From: an uncultured Candidatus Binatia bacterium
Lineage (GTDB): Bacteria; Desulfobacterota; Binatia; Bin18
NCBI GenBank assembly: GCA_965214605.1
Contig: OZ243961.1
Span: forward strand, 800,001 to 864,000
Direction of reading: 5' to 3'
DNA length: 64,000 nt
The notes under the pieces were generated by a model. The model ran no database searches, had not been told where the DNA came from, and saw only the letters and a program-made list of their open reading frames with translations. Below, piece by piece: positions 1-10,792 of the stretch (position 1 is the first letter of the stretch; the number at the start of each line of letters is the position of its first letter). Made by a program: the position numbers and the translations under genes.

Positions 1-881
1 CACCCCCAATAGCGTCCGTACATCACCCTATTTTTCTGGACATTGATCGTGCCGGCGATAATCTCGCCTTGGTAGCGAGCCGTCACAAAACACAAGTTTT
101 TCCGAAACCGCTCGGCCAATAAATCGAAAAATTTGGAGCGCAGATACTGCCGCCCCCAGTACAACTTATCAATATGGGCTTTGTACAACTGATACATATA
201 GGGGAAGAGTTCGTCTGTAATTTCCTCGCCACTGTGCACCTGGATCGTCACCCCGAGCTGGTCCATTTCACGCATTTCGCGTTTGATCTGGTTGCGGCGC
301 TTATTGCGGAAATGGGCCAGATAATCGTCAAAGGTCTTATATGCGTAATTCAGCCACTGATACTGCAAACCCATCCGCTTGAGGTAACCGATCTCGCCCA
401 ACGCCTCGGCCTCATCCGGCAGACAGAAATTGACGTGAACCGAAGAGAATTTGTTCTGCTGACAGATCTGCTGCAAGGTTTTGCCCAACAGCTGAATTAA
501 GGCTCGTCGGTCGCGGCCGGGGGCGGTCAGAAAACGGATCCCCGTGGCCGGGGTAAACGGCGCTGCAACCAACATCTTGGGATAGTACTCAATGCCCGCC
601 CGGTGGGCGGCATCGGCCCAGCCGTGGTCAAAGACAAATTCGCCCATGCTGTGGCCCTTGAGATACAGGGGACAGGCGGCGATCAGCCGAGCGTCCTCAT
701 ACACGACCAAATGCTGGGGTTGCCAGCCGGTCTTGGGTACGACACAGCGCCCCTCTTCCATGCTTGACAGCCAGCCCCATTCGAGAAAGGGCGACTCATT
801 GCCAACAAGCGCATCCCACTTGACTGGATCGACCTCCTGGAGACTCTCAATCACTTTGACTTGCAGCACAGCGGCGGGCAT
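1..881 (-). CDS. GNAT/FemAB-like (DUF482) N-acetyltransferase family protein, truncated at window edge
   Basis: Not in the ORF track because it runs off the window. Manual translation from ATG at 881: MPAAVLQVKVIESLQEVDPVKWDALVGNESPFLEWGWLSSME...GWQPQHL...AACPLYLKGHSMGEFVFDHGWADAAHRAGIEYYPKML...YGRYWG, which are typical DUF482 motifs. Confidence 0.85.
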   Translation of the reverse strand, partial: MPAAVLQVKVIESLQEVDPVKWDALVGNESPFLEWGWLSSMEEGRCVVPKTGWQPQHLVVYEDARLIAACPLYLKGHSMGEFVFDHGWADAAHRAGIEYYPKMLVAAPFTPATGIRFLTAPGRDRRALIQLLGKTLQQICQQNKFSSVHVNFCLPDEAEALGEIGYLKRMGLQYQWLNYAYKTFDDYLAHFRNKRRNQIKREMREMDQLGVTIQVHSGEEITDELFPYMYQLYKAHIDKLYWGRQYLRSKFFDLLAERFRKNLCFVTARYQGEIIAGTINVQKNRVMYGRYWG

Positions 882-920
882 AGTGTACAAAATCCTTCAG
901 AGCAGTCATTTGTATGCACT

Positions 921-2972
921 ATGCAGATTGGAACCGTCATTGTCTACCGTGAGCGTGGCCGTCTGGCGTTAGGGGCGATCAAAACGCCCCTGTCGACAAC
1001 CAGTAAGGGAAAAGCCCAGGTTGAAATTGTGGGCGAGGATGGCAAAAAATCCATCCTCCTCCCCAACCGCATTTTTCTGGACTGTGAGCAGACTGTGTCG
1101 CCCAGCCAGCCGCCGGCAGAGCTCAAAAGACGCTTCCAGGAGCTACGCCAACAGGTCTTGAGCTACGCCCAAAACCTCGACCTCAAAGAGCTATGGGAGC
1201 TACTCCAGGACGAGGACAATGACGCGTTTTCGTGGCAAGAGCTGGCCAGCTTCGTTGTTCCTAGCGATGAACCGCTGGCCATGGCCGGGGTGTTGGATGC
1301 GCTGTGGAATGAGGGCGTGTACTTCAAGGAAAAGCAACTCGGGGAGTTTGTCCTGCGGGATGCCAAGAGCGTGCAGGAACTGCTTCACCAAAAGGCGATG
1401 GAACGCCAACGCCTGCAAGCCCAGGCAAAGTTTGTGGCCTGGGTGCAGGCCGCCCAGGCCACACCAGGGACGCTTCCCCCGCCGGACGGGAGTGAGCGGT
1501 TTCTCGACCTCCTCAAAGGCTTTGCCCTCCACGGCGAGCATTACGATAAAAAGTCCCAAGCCCTCAACCTCCTTGCCGAGAGCGGCTTTCGGGCCAAAGG
1601 CCATCCTTGGGATGTGGCCTTCCGACTCTTAGTCGCCCTTGGCATCTGGGACGCAGAGGAGGAGCTGAGCCTGCTGCGCTACAACATTCCGACCCGTTTT
1701 TCAGATGAGGTCATCCGCGCGGCTGAGGCCGTCCCGGCCTTTCAGCCCAATCAGTCGGGCTATCAAGATCTGCGCTCCCTGTTGACGTTTACGATTGACG
1801 ACGCCGAGACCAGCGATATTGACGACGCCTTAAGCCTGAGCGAGGAAGACGGCAAACGCCTGATTGGGGTGCATATCACCGATGTCGGCTTTTTTGTCCA
1901 GCCCGAGGGCGAAATCGACCACGCCGCCCTCCAGCGCGGCACTACCGTCTATCTTCCCCGCACCACTCTGCCTATGCTCCCGCCCACCCTCAGCCAACAG
2001 ACCGCCAGCTTGATTGCCGGACAAGACCGGCCGGTGCTGAGCTTTTTCGCCAGCTTGGATGAGCGTGGCCAGTTGTGTGTCGAGCGTATCTGCCGGAGCG
2101 TGATCCGCGTGGCTCGGCGGCTGACCTATGCAGAGGCCGATGCCCTGCTAGGGGCCGAGGGGGACGATCCGTACACCACCGCCCTCCAGGGGCTCAGCAC
2201 CTTGGCGCGGCTACGCCGCGCCAGACGGGTGGCAAACGGAGCGGTGATTATCGAGGGCAGCGAGGTGAAGGTCCGGGTCAGCGACAGCCCGACGGACGCT
2301 CCACCCGAAATTACGGTCTCGGTCTTAGCCAACAACTCTCCGGCCCGCAACCTGGTCGGCGAATGCATGATTTTGGCCAACGAGATTGCCGCCCGCTACT
2401 GTCAGCGGCACGGCCTGCCAGCACTGTATATCAGTCAGCCCTTTCCGGACGAAACGGTTCCCAGCCTCGACCAGTGCCCGACCCAACAGGTGTATATTCA
2501 CGCCGCTCGGCGTTTGATGAAACCTTCGCAGCGAGGCACCGTCCCCGCCTCGCACAGCGCCCTGGGGCTTGATATCTACACCCAGGTCACGTCTCCGCTA
2601 CGGCGTTATCACGACCTGCAGATGCACCGCCAGGTCAAGCACCACCTTGAACACGGCATCGCCCTGTTCGACGAGGAACGCCTCCAGCTTATTGCCGCCG
2701 GGGCTCAGGAGTCGAGCGTGGCCTCAAAGCGCTGTGAGCGGGAGAGCACTCGCTATTGGTTGCTGCGCTACCTGGAAACCCGGACCGGTCAACAGGTCGA
2801 CGGCCAGGTCGTACGGGAATTGCACGGTCGCTCCTTTGTCGAGCTTGAAGACACGTTGCTGGTTGTCCCGCTGAACCTGTCACCGCGCCCTGGGCTGGGT
2901 ACCAGGTTGCGGGTCACCATCGGCCATGTAGATGCCCGGCTGGATATTCTGAGCGTGCACCCTACCACATGA
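921..2972 (+). CDS. RNB-domain exoribonuclease (RNase II/R family)
   Basis: Contains TFTIDDAETSDIDDALS (catalytic Asp motif), RGTTVYLP and YTQVTSPLRRYHDL. ATG at 921 preferred over TTG at 861. Confidence 0.9.
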   Translation: MQIGTVIVYRERGRLALGAIKTPLSTTSKGKAQVEIVGEDGKKSILLPNRIFLDCEQTVSPSQPPAELKRRFQELRQQVLSYAQNLDLKELWELLQDEDNDAFSWQELASFVVPSDEPLAMAGVLDALWNEGVYFKEKQLGEFVLRDAKSVQELLHQKAMERQRLQAQAKFVAWVQAAQATPGTLPPPDGSERFLDLLKGFALHGEHYDKKSQALNLLAESGFRAKGHPWDVAFRLLVALGIWDAEEELSLLRYNIPTRFSDEVIRAAEAVPAFQPNQSGYQDLRSLLTFTIDDAETSDIDDALSLSEEDGKRLIGVHITDVGFFVQPEGEIDHAALQRGTTVYLPRTTLPMLPPTLSQQTASLIAGQDRPVLSFFASLDERGQLCVERICRSVIRVARRLTYAEADALLGAEGDDPYTTALQGLSTLARLRRARRVANGAVIIEGSEVKVRVSDSPTDAPPEITVSVLANNSPARNLVGECMILANEIAARYCQRHGLPALYISQPFPDETVPSLDQCPTQQVYIHAARRLMKPSQRGTVPASHSALGLDIYTQVTSPLRRYHDLQMHRQVKHHLEHGIALFDEERLQLIAAGAQESSVASKRCERESTRYWLLRYLETRTGQQVDGQVVRELHGRSFVELEDTLLVVPLNLSPRPGLGTRLRVTIGHVDARLDILSVHPTT

Positions 2973-3774
2973 CCACACCGCCATCGATGTTGAGCGACTG
3001 GCCGGTGATGTAGGAGGCGTCGGGGGTACAGAGATAGGCGATAAATTTCCCGATCTCCTCATCGGTGCCCGCCCGCTTGAGCGGAATCAGCTGTTGAATC
3101 GTCGCCTCCCACCGTTCAGCCCGACCCAGATCATCCATCCGTGAGGTGTCAATCACGCCCGGACATACCGCGTTGACGCGGATCTGATGCGGAGCTAGCT
3201 CCATCGCTAGGGCTTGGCTCAAACCTTGGATGCCGGCATTTGAGGTACAATAGGCAGCCATATTCGGCATGCCGCGCTTGCCGGCAATAGAAGAAATATT
3301 GACAATACTCCCCCCCTGGCCCTGCTTGACCAAGTGGGGGATTACGGCCTGACTCATCAAAAAGCTCCCCGTCAGCTTAACCTCAAGCACTTGGCGCCAC
3401 AGCTGTTCGGAGAGCTCTGTCAGCGGCACCCGATCCGGACCACGGGCGGTAGCAGCATTGTTAACCAGGATATCAATCCGGCCAAACGCCTGAAGCGTCG
3501 CTTCAACCGTGCGTTGGACGGCGGCGCTGTCGGCGATATTGGCAACCAGGGCCAGGCAGCGTCGTCCCCGCTCACGGACCTGATCGGCTACGCTTTCAAT
3601 ATCGCGCCAGCCAACCGCTTTTTCGTCGTCCGGATAGTGAGAGGGGTCGCGACCGGTGCCGGTCACAACCAGATCGGCTCCCAGCTCAGCCAGGGCCACA
3701 GCGGTCGCCCGGCCAATACCACGCAGGCGGCCCGCGCCGGTGACAATTGCGACTTTTCCATCCAGTACGCCCAT
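2962..3774 (-). CDS. SDR family NAD(P)-dependent oxidoreductase
   Basis: GKVAIVTGAGRLRGIG, LVNNAA, catalytic-region YCTSN and NAVCPG motifs. Start taken at MGVLDGK. Confidence 0.9.
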   Translation of the reverse strand: MGVLDGKVAIVTGAGRLRGIGRATAVALAELGADLVVTGTGRDPSHYPDDEKAVGWRDIESVADQVRERGRRCLALVANIADSAAVQRTVEATLQAFGRIDILVNNAATARGPDRVPLTELSEQLWRQVLEVKLTGSFLMSQAVIPHLVKQGQGGSIVNISSIAGKRGMPNMAAYCTSNAGIQGLSQALAMELAPHQIRVNAVCPGVIDTSRMDDLGRAERWEATIQQLIPLKRAGTDEEIGKFIAYLCTPDASYITGQSLNIDGGVVMW

Positions 3775-3806
3775 AAGCTCCTCGCTCGGTTGGGGGACGA
3801 GACATT

Positions 3807-4547
3807 CTAGCCGGCTAACTCGGCCGCAAACAAGGCCTTGACCTTCGCCCACGCATCGTCGGCCGCCGCTTTGTTGTACGACCCACGCTGATCACAGAAA
3901 AAACCATGTTCGGCCCCCGGATAGACCACAACCTCATGGGGGATATTATGGGTGGTCAACTCGGCCCGGATAGCCTCGACCTGCTCCAGCGGAATGGCCG
4001 TATCCTTTTCGCCAAACAAACACACGATCTTCCCGTCGATTTTGCTCGTCCGACTTATAGTAGACGGCGCACCGCCAAAGCCCTGCGGCCCGGCAATCCC
4101 GCCTCCATAAAAACTAGCCGCAGCTTTCACATCCGTCTCACACGCTGTCAGATAGGTCATATGTCCACCAACACAAAAGCCGACCGCCCCGATCCGGTCG
4201 CCGCGCACATAGTTCTTGCGCTTGAGAAAAGAAACGCTCGCCCAGGCATCGGCGATCATTTCGTCAGCCTTGAGCTGGTTGAGCAGCTTAATGCCCTCGG
4301 TCATGCCGACCTCGTCATAGCCGTACTCCACGCCGGGTCCGGTGCGATGGAAAAAATCCGGTGCCATGGCCACATAGCCCTCGGCAGCGACACGCTCAGT
4401 GACCTCACGAATATGCGTGTTCACTCCAAAGATTTCCATAAACACCAGCACTCCAGGATAGGTTCCCGGCTCGCTGGGCCGGGCCAGATAGGCCCCCATG
4501 GTCTGGGTATCGACGGTAACGTTTGCTCGTTCAGTGATGATCTCCAT
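3807..4547 (-). CDS. Dienelactone hydrolase family protein
   Basis: EIFG, nucleophile GFCVGG and C-terminal HGF motifs; GGAGG RBS. Confidence 0.92.
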   Translation of the reverse strand: MEIITERANVTVDTQTMGAYLARPSEPGTYPGVLVFMEIFGVNTHIREVTERVAAEGYVAMAPDFFHRTGPGVEYGYDEVGMTEGIKLLNQLKADEMIADAWASVSFLKRKNYVRGDRIGAVGFCVGGHMTYLTACETDVKAAASFYGGGIAGPQGFGGAPSTISRTSKIDGKIVCLFGEKDTAIPLEQVEAIRAELTTHNIPHEVVVYPGAEHGFFCDQRGSYNKAAADDAWAKVKALFAAELAG

Positions 4548-4705
4548 GGTGTCCTCCCTGAGAAGAAAAATTCGGACAAGCCCGACAAGATGGCAGGCCC
4601 TTTTGTCACACTCTGCCGTGGCTGTGTCAAGGTCCGGCGGCCGCTTGGCCTTGACACGGACGGTGTGATAAAGGAGGAGGATGTTTGCAGAAGGAGGATT
4701 CCCGT

Positions 4706-5503
4706 ATGCCCTATGTACAGCGTAACGGCGTGAGTGTGTATTATGAGAGCCACGGTCAGGGGACCCCGCTCGTTTTCCTACACCCTTTCTCGACTAACAG
4801 CAATATTTGGTACTTCCAGACCTATACCTTTGCCCAGGATTATCAGTGCATCACCATTGACCACCGTGGCCACGGCCGGTCGGATAAGCCTGAGCAGGGC
4901 TATGCCATCAGCGAAATGGCCGCCGATGTGGCGGCAGTTCTCGACCACCTCACAGTCGACAAAGTCGTTCTGGTTGGCAACTCGATCGGTGGCATGATCG
5001 CTATGCAGTTTAACCTGGATTTTCCCGATCGGGTCTTGGGCAACGTGATTGTCAGTAGCGGGACCAATTTGTCTGCCAACATGCCGCCCGAAGCCGGCCA
5101 AGCGTTTCAGGACGACCTTAACGGCGCCTTTAGCGGTCTCATGGAAGGCGCGGTTGCAGCCAGGACCAAACGCGAACGGCCCGAGATTCTGGACTTGATC
5201 AAGGCCAAATTCATAGTGGACGACAATTTCCCCAAACACGTCTTCTTTGCCTCGGCCGGCGACCCTAACGGGGTCTTCAACTGGAACATCTCCGAGCAGC
5301 TCAAAACCATTAGCAAACCAACCCAGATCTACGCTGGCCGGGAAGACCAGGCCACCACAGTCGAGGTCAATCAGTTCCTAGCCGACCATATCCCCAATGC
5401 CCAGATCAAGGTCTTGGACGATGTGGGGCACTTCTACCAGCTCGAAAGACCGGCCGATTTCAATACCGACCTGCGCCGCTTTCTCAAGCAGGTTGCGGCC
5501 TAA
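4706..5503 (+). CDS. Alpha/beta fold hydrolase
   Basis: DHRGHGRS, GNSIGG nucleophile elbow, Asp in GREDQA, His in VGHF; AAGGAGG RBS before ATG 4706. Confidence 0.9.
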   Translation: MPYVQRNGVSVYYESHGQGTPLVFLHPFSTNSNIWYFQTYTFAQDYQCITIDHRGHGRSDKPEQGYAISEMAADVAAVLDHLTVDKVVLVGNSIGGMIAMQFNLDFPDRVLGNVIVSSGTNLSANMPPEAGQAFQDDLNGAFSGLMEGAVAARTKRERPEILDLIKAKFIVDDNFPKHVFFASAGDPNGVFNWNISEQLKTISKPTQIYAGREDQATTVEVNQFLADHIPNAQIKVLDDVGHFYQLERPADFNTDLRRFLKQVAA

Positions 5504-5592
5504 CAGAATCCGTCCAGCCGGGGTGACCCTCTGCAGGGTCGCCCCTCCACTCCTTAATCTTCCGTCCGACTTCTGAATTTTGAGGTAGCAAC

Positions 5593-7395
5593 ATGACCCC
5601 GACCTCTCTTGCCACCATGGTCTTGGAACAAGCCGACCGCCGCGCTCCCCACCGTGTCTTTATACGCAAACGTCGCAAGCAGTGGGAAGATATCTCGTGG
5701 CGACAGCTAGCCGAACAGATCATCCACACCGCTCACGGCCTAACGGCCCTGGGCTTTAAGGCCGGAGACCGTTTGGCCCTGCTGGCCGAGAACCAACCCG
5801 AATGGCCCATCATGGATCTGGCCTGTTTGTATCTGGGCGGCGTCGATGTTCCGCTGTATCTGTCTAGTCCCGGCCAGGACCTAGCCTACATTCTCAAGGA
5901 TTCCGGGGCCAGCTTTATTGCCGTGTCCGGGCGTGGGCAGCTGGAAAAAGTCCTGCAAATCGCCCCAGACTTACCCGAACTGTCGCACATCGTGCTGCTG
6001 GACCCTGAGGAGCAGCAGATCGATTCCGGGCAGCTCAAGGTGTGCCGTTTTGCCGACCTATTAGCCCTCGGAGAGCAGCAGTCTGACAGACGTCAACCGA
6101 TCGCAGATCCCGGGCTCGCGACTATTATTTATACCTCGGGTACGACCGGTTTCCCCAAAGGTGTCATGCTGAGCCATAGCAACATGTTGAGCAATGTGCG
6201 CGACGCTCCCCAGGTACTACCGCTCAACGCGGACGATATATTGCTGTCTTTCTTGCCCCTGTCGCACGGGTTTGAGAGAACGACCGGGCTCTATGCACCG
6301 CTGTATATCGGTGGCAGTATCGCCTACGGCGGAGGAACGGCTAGTCTGCTCAGGGACTTGGCCGAGGTCAAACCGACGCTTTTGTGTTGCGTGCCACGTA
6401 TCCTGGAACTGATCTATCGACGCGTCGTCGGCGAGCGAGAAAGCGCAGGCTTCCTCAAGCGGCATCTCCTGGATTGGGCTCTAGCCCTAAGCAAAGCCAT
6501 TGGAACCAGACGGGTGAACGAACAGACTATTCCCCCCCTCCAGCAGCTCCAGCTCCAGCTCATCGACCGCCTCGTGTTTCGGAAATTACGCCAGGTGCTG
6601 GGCGGACGAATTCGTTTTCTGGTCTCGGGTGGCGCCCCACTCAACGCCGAGATCGCCCGCTTCTTTTATGGGATCGGCATCACCCTGTATGAGGGCTACG
6701 GTTTGACCGAAGCCGGGCCGGTCATCTCGTGCAATATGCCGGGCAAGACCCGTCTCGGCACAGTCGGGATCGCTCTGCCGCAGGTGGAAGTGAAAATTGA
6801 CGCCGATGGAGAAATCTGCGCCCGTGGGCCGAACATCATGGCCGGCTATTATCGGCGACCCGAGGATACGGCGTCCGCTATTGACGCCGACGGCTGGTTG
6901 CATACGGGTGATGTGGGGCACATCGACCCCGACGGCTTCATCACCATCACCGATCGCAAAAAGGATCTGATTATCACCGCTTCGGGCGAGAACATTGCGC
7001 CTCAGCCGATTGAGAGCGCACTCAAACAAGATCCACTGATCGAAGAGGCCTGTTTAATCGGCGATCACCGACCGTTTATCACCGCCCTCCTCGTTCCCAA
7101 TCAAGCCTTGGTCGAGACCCTGGCGCGCAAGAACGGCGTGTCAGGCGATTGGCAAGCCATCCTTATCCACCAGACCGTCCAGAGTCTGTTTCGCAGCCGG
7201 GTGAACGCCCTCAATGCAACCCTGCCGATACCGGCCCGGATACGCCAATTTAGCGTTCTCAGCCAACCCTTTTCTCTGGACCGAGGAGAACTGACTCCAA
7301 CTCTCAAGATCAAACGCCGCCAAGTCCTTGAGACCCGTCAGAAACAGATTGAAGCGATGTACCCCAGTCCTTCCCCATCCACCATCTCTTGCTAG
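5593..7395 (+). CDS. Long-chain fatty acid--CoA ligase (AMP-dependent)
   Basis: [32 protein letters not shown] and TPTLKIKR motifs. Confidence 0.92.
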   Translation: MTPTSLATMVLEQADRRAPHRVFIRKRRKQWEDISWRQLAEQIIHTAHGLTALGFKAGDRLALLAENQPEWPIMDLACLYLGGVDVPLYLSSPGQDLAYILKDSGASFIAVSGRGQLEKVLQIAPDLPELSHIVLLDPEEQQIDSGQLKVCRFADLLALGEQQSDRRQPIADPGLATIIYTSGTTGFPKGVMLSHSNMLSNVRDAPQVLPLNADDILLSFLPLSHGFERTTGLYAPLYIGGSIAYGGGTASLLRDLAEVKPTLLCCVPRILELIYRRVVGERESAGFLKRHLLDWALALSKAIGTRRVNEQTIPPLQQLQLQLIDRLVFRKLRQVLGGRIRFLVSGGAPLNAEIARFFYGIGITLYEGYGLTEAGPVISCNMPGKTRLGTVGIALPQVEVKIDADGEICARGPNIMAGYYRRPEDTASAIDADGWLHTGDVGHIDPDGFITITDRKKDLIITASGENIAPQPIESALKQDPLIEEACLIGDHRPFITALLVPNQALVETLARKNGVSGDWQAILIHQTVQSLFRSRVNALNATLPIPARIRQFSVLSQPFSLDRGELTPTLKIKRRQVLETRQKQIEAMYPSPSPSTISC

Positions 7396-7411
7396 GAGCC
7401 AGACACAGAAC

Positions 7412-8953
7412 ATGACAAGCCCCAGTGCCGCACCTGAGATCGCCGGGGCAGAGGTAGTCGAGAACCTCGACCTGTTGCTTGATGTCCTGCCGTCCGAGGT
7501 CCGGGAAACCCTGGCCAGCGAGGATGACCTCGAGAGCTTGCTCGAGGTCATCCTCGACCTCGGGCGCCAGCCCGAAGCCCGTTACGTGGACAAGACCCGC
7601 TTCTTGCTCAACACCCCGGTCAGTCACGATGATATCGAGTTTACTGTCAGCCGGGTCGGCATGTTCACCCATGATAATCGGGCTGGCATTCCACGCACCC
7701 TGCATCGTATTTCGGCCATCCGTAACCGGACGGGAGAGGTGATCGGTCTCACCTGTCGGGTTGGTCGGGCGGTCTTCGGCACAGTTCGTATTGTCAAGAA
7801 TCTGATCACCGAAGACAAAAAAAGCATTCTGTTACTCGGCCCACCCGGGGTTGGCAAAACGACCCTGCTGCGCGAGGTAGCTCGGGTTCTGGCCGATGAA
7901 GCAGACGAGCGGGTCATTGTGGTTGATACCTCAAACGAGATTGCCGGTGATGGAGATATTCCCCACTCCGGGATCGGTCGGGCTCGTCGGATGCAAGTCC
8001 CCTCGCCCAATCTGCAGCACCAGGTCATGATCGAGGCGGTTGAAAATCATATGCCCGAAGTCATTGTGGTCGATGAGATCGGGACTGAAGCCGAAGCCGA
8101 CGCCGCCCGAACGATTGCCGAGCGGGGAGTGCGATTGATCGCTACGGCGCACGGCAGCGAGTTAGAAAATCTGATCCAAAACCCAACCCTGGCCGATCTG
8201 ATCGGGGGTATCCAATCCGTTACCCTAGGCGATATGGAAGCCCGGAGACGCGGGACACAGAAAACGGTCCTGGAACGGAGAGCCCCGCCAACATTCGACG
8301 TGGTAATCGAAATTCACGACCGTTCCCATTTTGCGATTCATTCCGATGTGACGGCTGCCGTCGATAGCTTTTTGCGGGGCCGTCCGCCCGCAGTCGAGCG
8401 ACGCACCCGGCTTGACGACGGCCAGATTGAGATCTGCCCTGCCGACCCGCCCAGCGAGCCGGCCTTGGACGGCCCACCAAGCCACGCTACGCCCGGCAAG
8501 CCACTGCGCATCTTTCCCTACGGCGTGAACCGTCACCGCTTAGAGCAGGCCATTCGCGACCTGAACGCCCCAGCCCGGATCGTCTCCCAGGCCAATCAGG
8601 CCGACGTCATCCTCACCGTCAGAGGCCAGCTCAAACGCCAACCCAAAGAACTGCGTCTGCTCGTGACCCACGGCCTACCACTGTATACCCTGCGCAATGA
8701 TACGCCGCTCCAGATGGGAAAGTTTCTGCGGAATCAGTTGGCCGCAGCCTTTCCCGAAGACCAGGCAGCCCTCAATGAAGCCGAAGCTGTGGTTGAGCAA
8801 GTTCTGGAACACAACCAAGCGCGCGAACTCTCACCCCAAATCCCCCGTCTCCGGCGCCTACAGCATGAGCTGGTGAAAAGCTATGGCTTGCGCTCAAAAA
8901 GCGAGGGCGAAGAGCCGTTTCGGCGCTTAGTCGTCTATCCCGGCCAGCGCTAG
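7412..8953 (+). CDS. Ycf45/SpoIIIAA-like AAA ATPase with C-terminal R3H domain
   Basis: Walker A GPPGVGKT, VDTSNEIAGDGDIPH, EAVENHMPEVIVVDEIG, ATAHG; R3H-like RRLQHELV...SEGEEPFRR. Confidence 0.88.
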   Translation: MTSPSAAPEIAGAEVVENLDLLLDVLPSEVRETLASEDDLESLLEVILDLGRQPEARYVDKTRFLLNTPVSHDDIEFTVSRVGMFTHDNRAGIPRTLHRISAIRNRTGEVIGLTCRVGRAVFGTVRIVKNLITEDKKSILLLGPPGVGKTTLLREVARVLADEADERVIVVDTSNEIAGDGDIPHSGIGRARRMQVPSPNLQHQVMIEAVENHMPEVIVVDEIGTEAEADAARTIAERGVRLIATAHGSELENLIQNPTLADLIGGIQSVTLGDMEARRRGTQKTVLERRAPPTFDVVIEIHDRSHFAIHSDVTAAVDSFLRGRPPAVERRTRLDDGQIEICPADPPSEPALDGPPSHATPGKPLRIFPYGVNRHRLEQAIRDLNAPARIVSQANQADVILTVRGQLKRQPKELRLLVTHGLPLYTLRNDTPLQMGKFLRNQLAAAFPEDQAALNEAEAVVEQVLEHNQARELSPQIPRLRRLQHELVKSYGLRSKSEGEEPFRRLVVYPGQR

Positions 8954-8960
8954 GACTGTC

Positions 8961-10190
8961 TTAGCGGCCTATGACCATGGCCACACTAGTTGTGCCTGAG
9001 CCACCGATATTGAGCGTCGCAATCTTCTGGGCACCGTCAATCTGGTAGTCGTCGGCCTTTTCCGAGACCTGCTTATAGGCGTCTAGCGCCTGACGGACGC
9101 CGGTCGCGCCAACCGGATGCCCACAGCCAATTAGGCCCCCGCTGGCATTGATGGGCAGCTTGCTGCCGAACTCAATCACGCCCTCTTCGACCGCTTTCCA
9201 CGACTCTCCGGGCTGGGTTAAGCCAAAGTGGTCAATCGCCATATACTCAGAGGTAGTGAAACAGTCATGGGTCTCAATGCCCTGGACGCTCCAGACGTCC
9301 GGCAGCCCAGCCCGCTGGAAGGCATCGACAATCGCCCGACGGGTGTGCGGCAAAATGTATGGATTGTCCTGACTCTCCGAGATCTTGGTAGCAAACTTAA
9401 TCGGCGCGGTGCGGTGTCCCCAGCCAAGCACCCGTGGGATACGGTCTAGAGACAGGCCGTGGCGGTCAGCATATTTTGCGGCGAACACTTCTGAAGCCAG
9501 GAAAATTGCACTCGCCCCGTCCGTCACCTGGGAGCAGTCGCGTACGCGCAACCGTCCGGCCACTGGATTAACGTATTTGCCCGAAGATAGATCCTGGTTT
9601 TCATCCGGAAACCAGCCACGGGTTTGGGCCTGCGGGTTGCGACGCGCGTTGGCATAGTTGATCTCGGCAATGCGGGTCAAGTGTTCTTCCTTCAGACCAT
9701 AGCGTCCTTCATAGACGTCGCCTAGCTGACCGAACAGCTTGGGAAAGGCAAACTCCACGCCTTTGGCCTCCTGCTCGTACCAAGCTGCGGTCCCGAGAAA
9801 ATCGCCGCCCGTGGCAGGACTGACCGTCTTCATCTGTTCCACCCCGACAACCAGAGCGAGGTCGTAGCGGCCGGCCTCAATCTCGGCCGAGGCCATTAAC
9901 ATCGACACACTCCCGGAGGCGCAGGCGGCTTCGTGGCGTGAGGTCGGAATACCAGACAGAGCCGGATCTATCTCGGCCATAAAGGCCCCTAAGTGGCCCT
10001 GTTTGCAGTACAGTTCGGCCGCAAAATTCCCGACGTGCGCCACATCAACGTCCCGGGGCTCAAGGCCGGCCGCTTTGAAACCTTCCGAGACCGACTCCTG
10101 AATCATATCGACAATAGTCTGGCCTTCTTTCATCCAGTTGCGGGCAAAATCGGTCTGATATCCGCCCAACAAGTACACCGGTGCGCTCAT
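8961..10190 (-). CDS. SCP2-type thiolase family protein (acetyl-CoA acetyltransferase-like)
   Basis: EAACASG, HDCFT and GHPVGATG motifs; C-terminal LNIGG in place of CxG. Confidence 0.88.
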   Translation of the reverse strand: MSAPVYLLGGYQTDFARNWMKEGQTIVDMIQESVSEGFKAAGLEPRDVDVAHVGNFAAELYCKQGHLGAFMAEIDPALSGIPTSRHEAACASGSVSMLMASAEIEAGRYDLALVVGVEQMKTVSPATGGDFLGTAAWYEQEAKGVEFAFPKLFGQLGDVYEGRYGLKEEHLTRIAEINYANARRNPQAQTRGWFPDENQDLSSGKYVNPVAGRLRVRDCSQVTDGASAIFLASEVFAAKYADRHGLSLDRIPRVLGWGHRTAPIKFATKISESQDNPYILPHTRRAIVDAFQRAGLPDVWSVQGIETHDCFTTSEYMAIDHFGLTQPGESWKAVEEGVIEFGSKLPINASGGLIGCGHPVGATGVRQALDAYKQVSEKADDYQIDGAQKIATLNIGGSGTTSVAMVIGR

Positions 10191-10272
10191 CATAGTCCTC
10201 CTGTCTGTCTCACACTGTCCCGCATCCAGGCGCGGGCATATCGCTTATCGAACCTACCAGGGAAACAAGATT

Positions 10273-10698
10273 CTACGCAACAGCGGGAAAGCGTCCAGCC
10301 TGATCCGGCACGACCGCTCCGGCCTGCTTGAGTCGTTGAATAACCGCCTGAGCATCGCCTTTGTTGGCTCTCAGCGCCCAGCGCAGAGCCGTATTGCCAT
10401 AATTATCCGTGGCATTGACATCCGCCCCTTTCGTTAGCAACAGGTCAACAACCGGGAGATGTCCCCTGCGTGAGGCAATAATCAGCGCTGTATGGCCAAA
10501 GCTGGCGTCTTTGGCGTTCACGTCCACTCCACTATTGATCATGCTCTCAAGGGCTGCCACATCCCCCGAGCCGGCTGCATTAAAGAAAGCAGCCTCCTGT
10601 GATGGTGGCGTCGGATCGCTATCCGGCTTAGTCAATTCAAGCCACACCAGCACCAGCACCCCAGCGCCGGCCAACAAGATCCATCGGGAGATATTCAT
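10273..10698 (-). CDS. Membrane-anchored/exported ankyrin-repeat protein
   Basis: N-terminal hydrophobic helix (WILLAGAGVLVLVWL), then ankyrin repeats GVDVNAKD..GHTALIIASRRGHLPVVDLLLTKGADVNATDNYGNTAL. Confidence 0.88.
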   Translation of the reverse strand: MNISRWILLAGAGVLVLVWLELTKPDSDPTPPSQEAAFFNAAGSGDVAALESMINSGVDVNAKDASFGHTALIIASRRGHLPVVDLLLTKGADVNATDNYGNTALRWALRANKGDAQAVIQRLKQAGAVVPDQAGRFPAVA

Positions 10699-10792
10699 CT
10701 TCAACCTCTCTTTGTCCTTGGATTATCTTCCCCCCTCCCCGGATGCCACCAGGCTTAGCCCACGTCGCGGAAGGCAACAAGAGGAGCAACCC

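Noticed and set aside
4624-4657. Inverted repeat GTGTCAAGG...CCTTGACAC
   Set aside because: Most simply explained as back-to-back TTGACA -35 boxes of divergent promoters rather than a mobile-element end.
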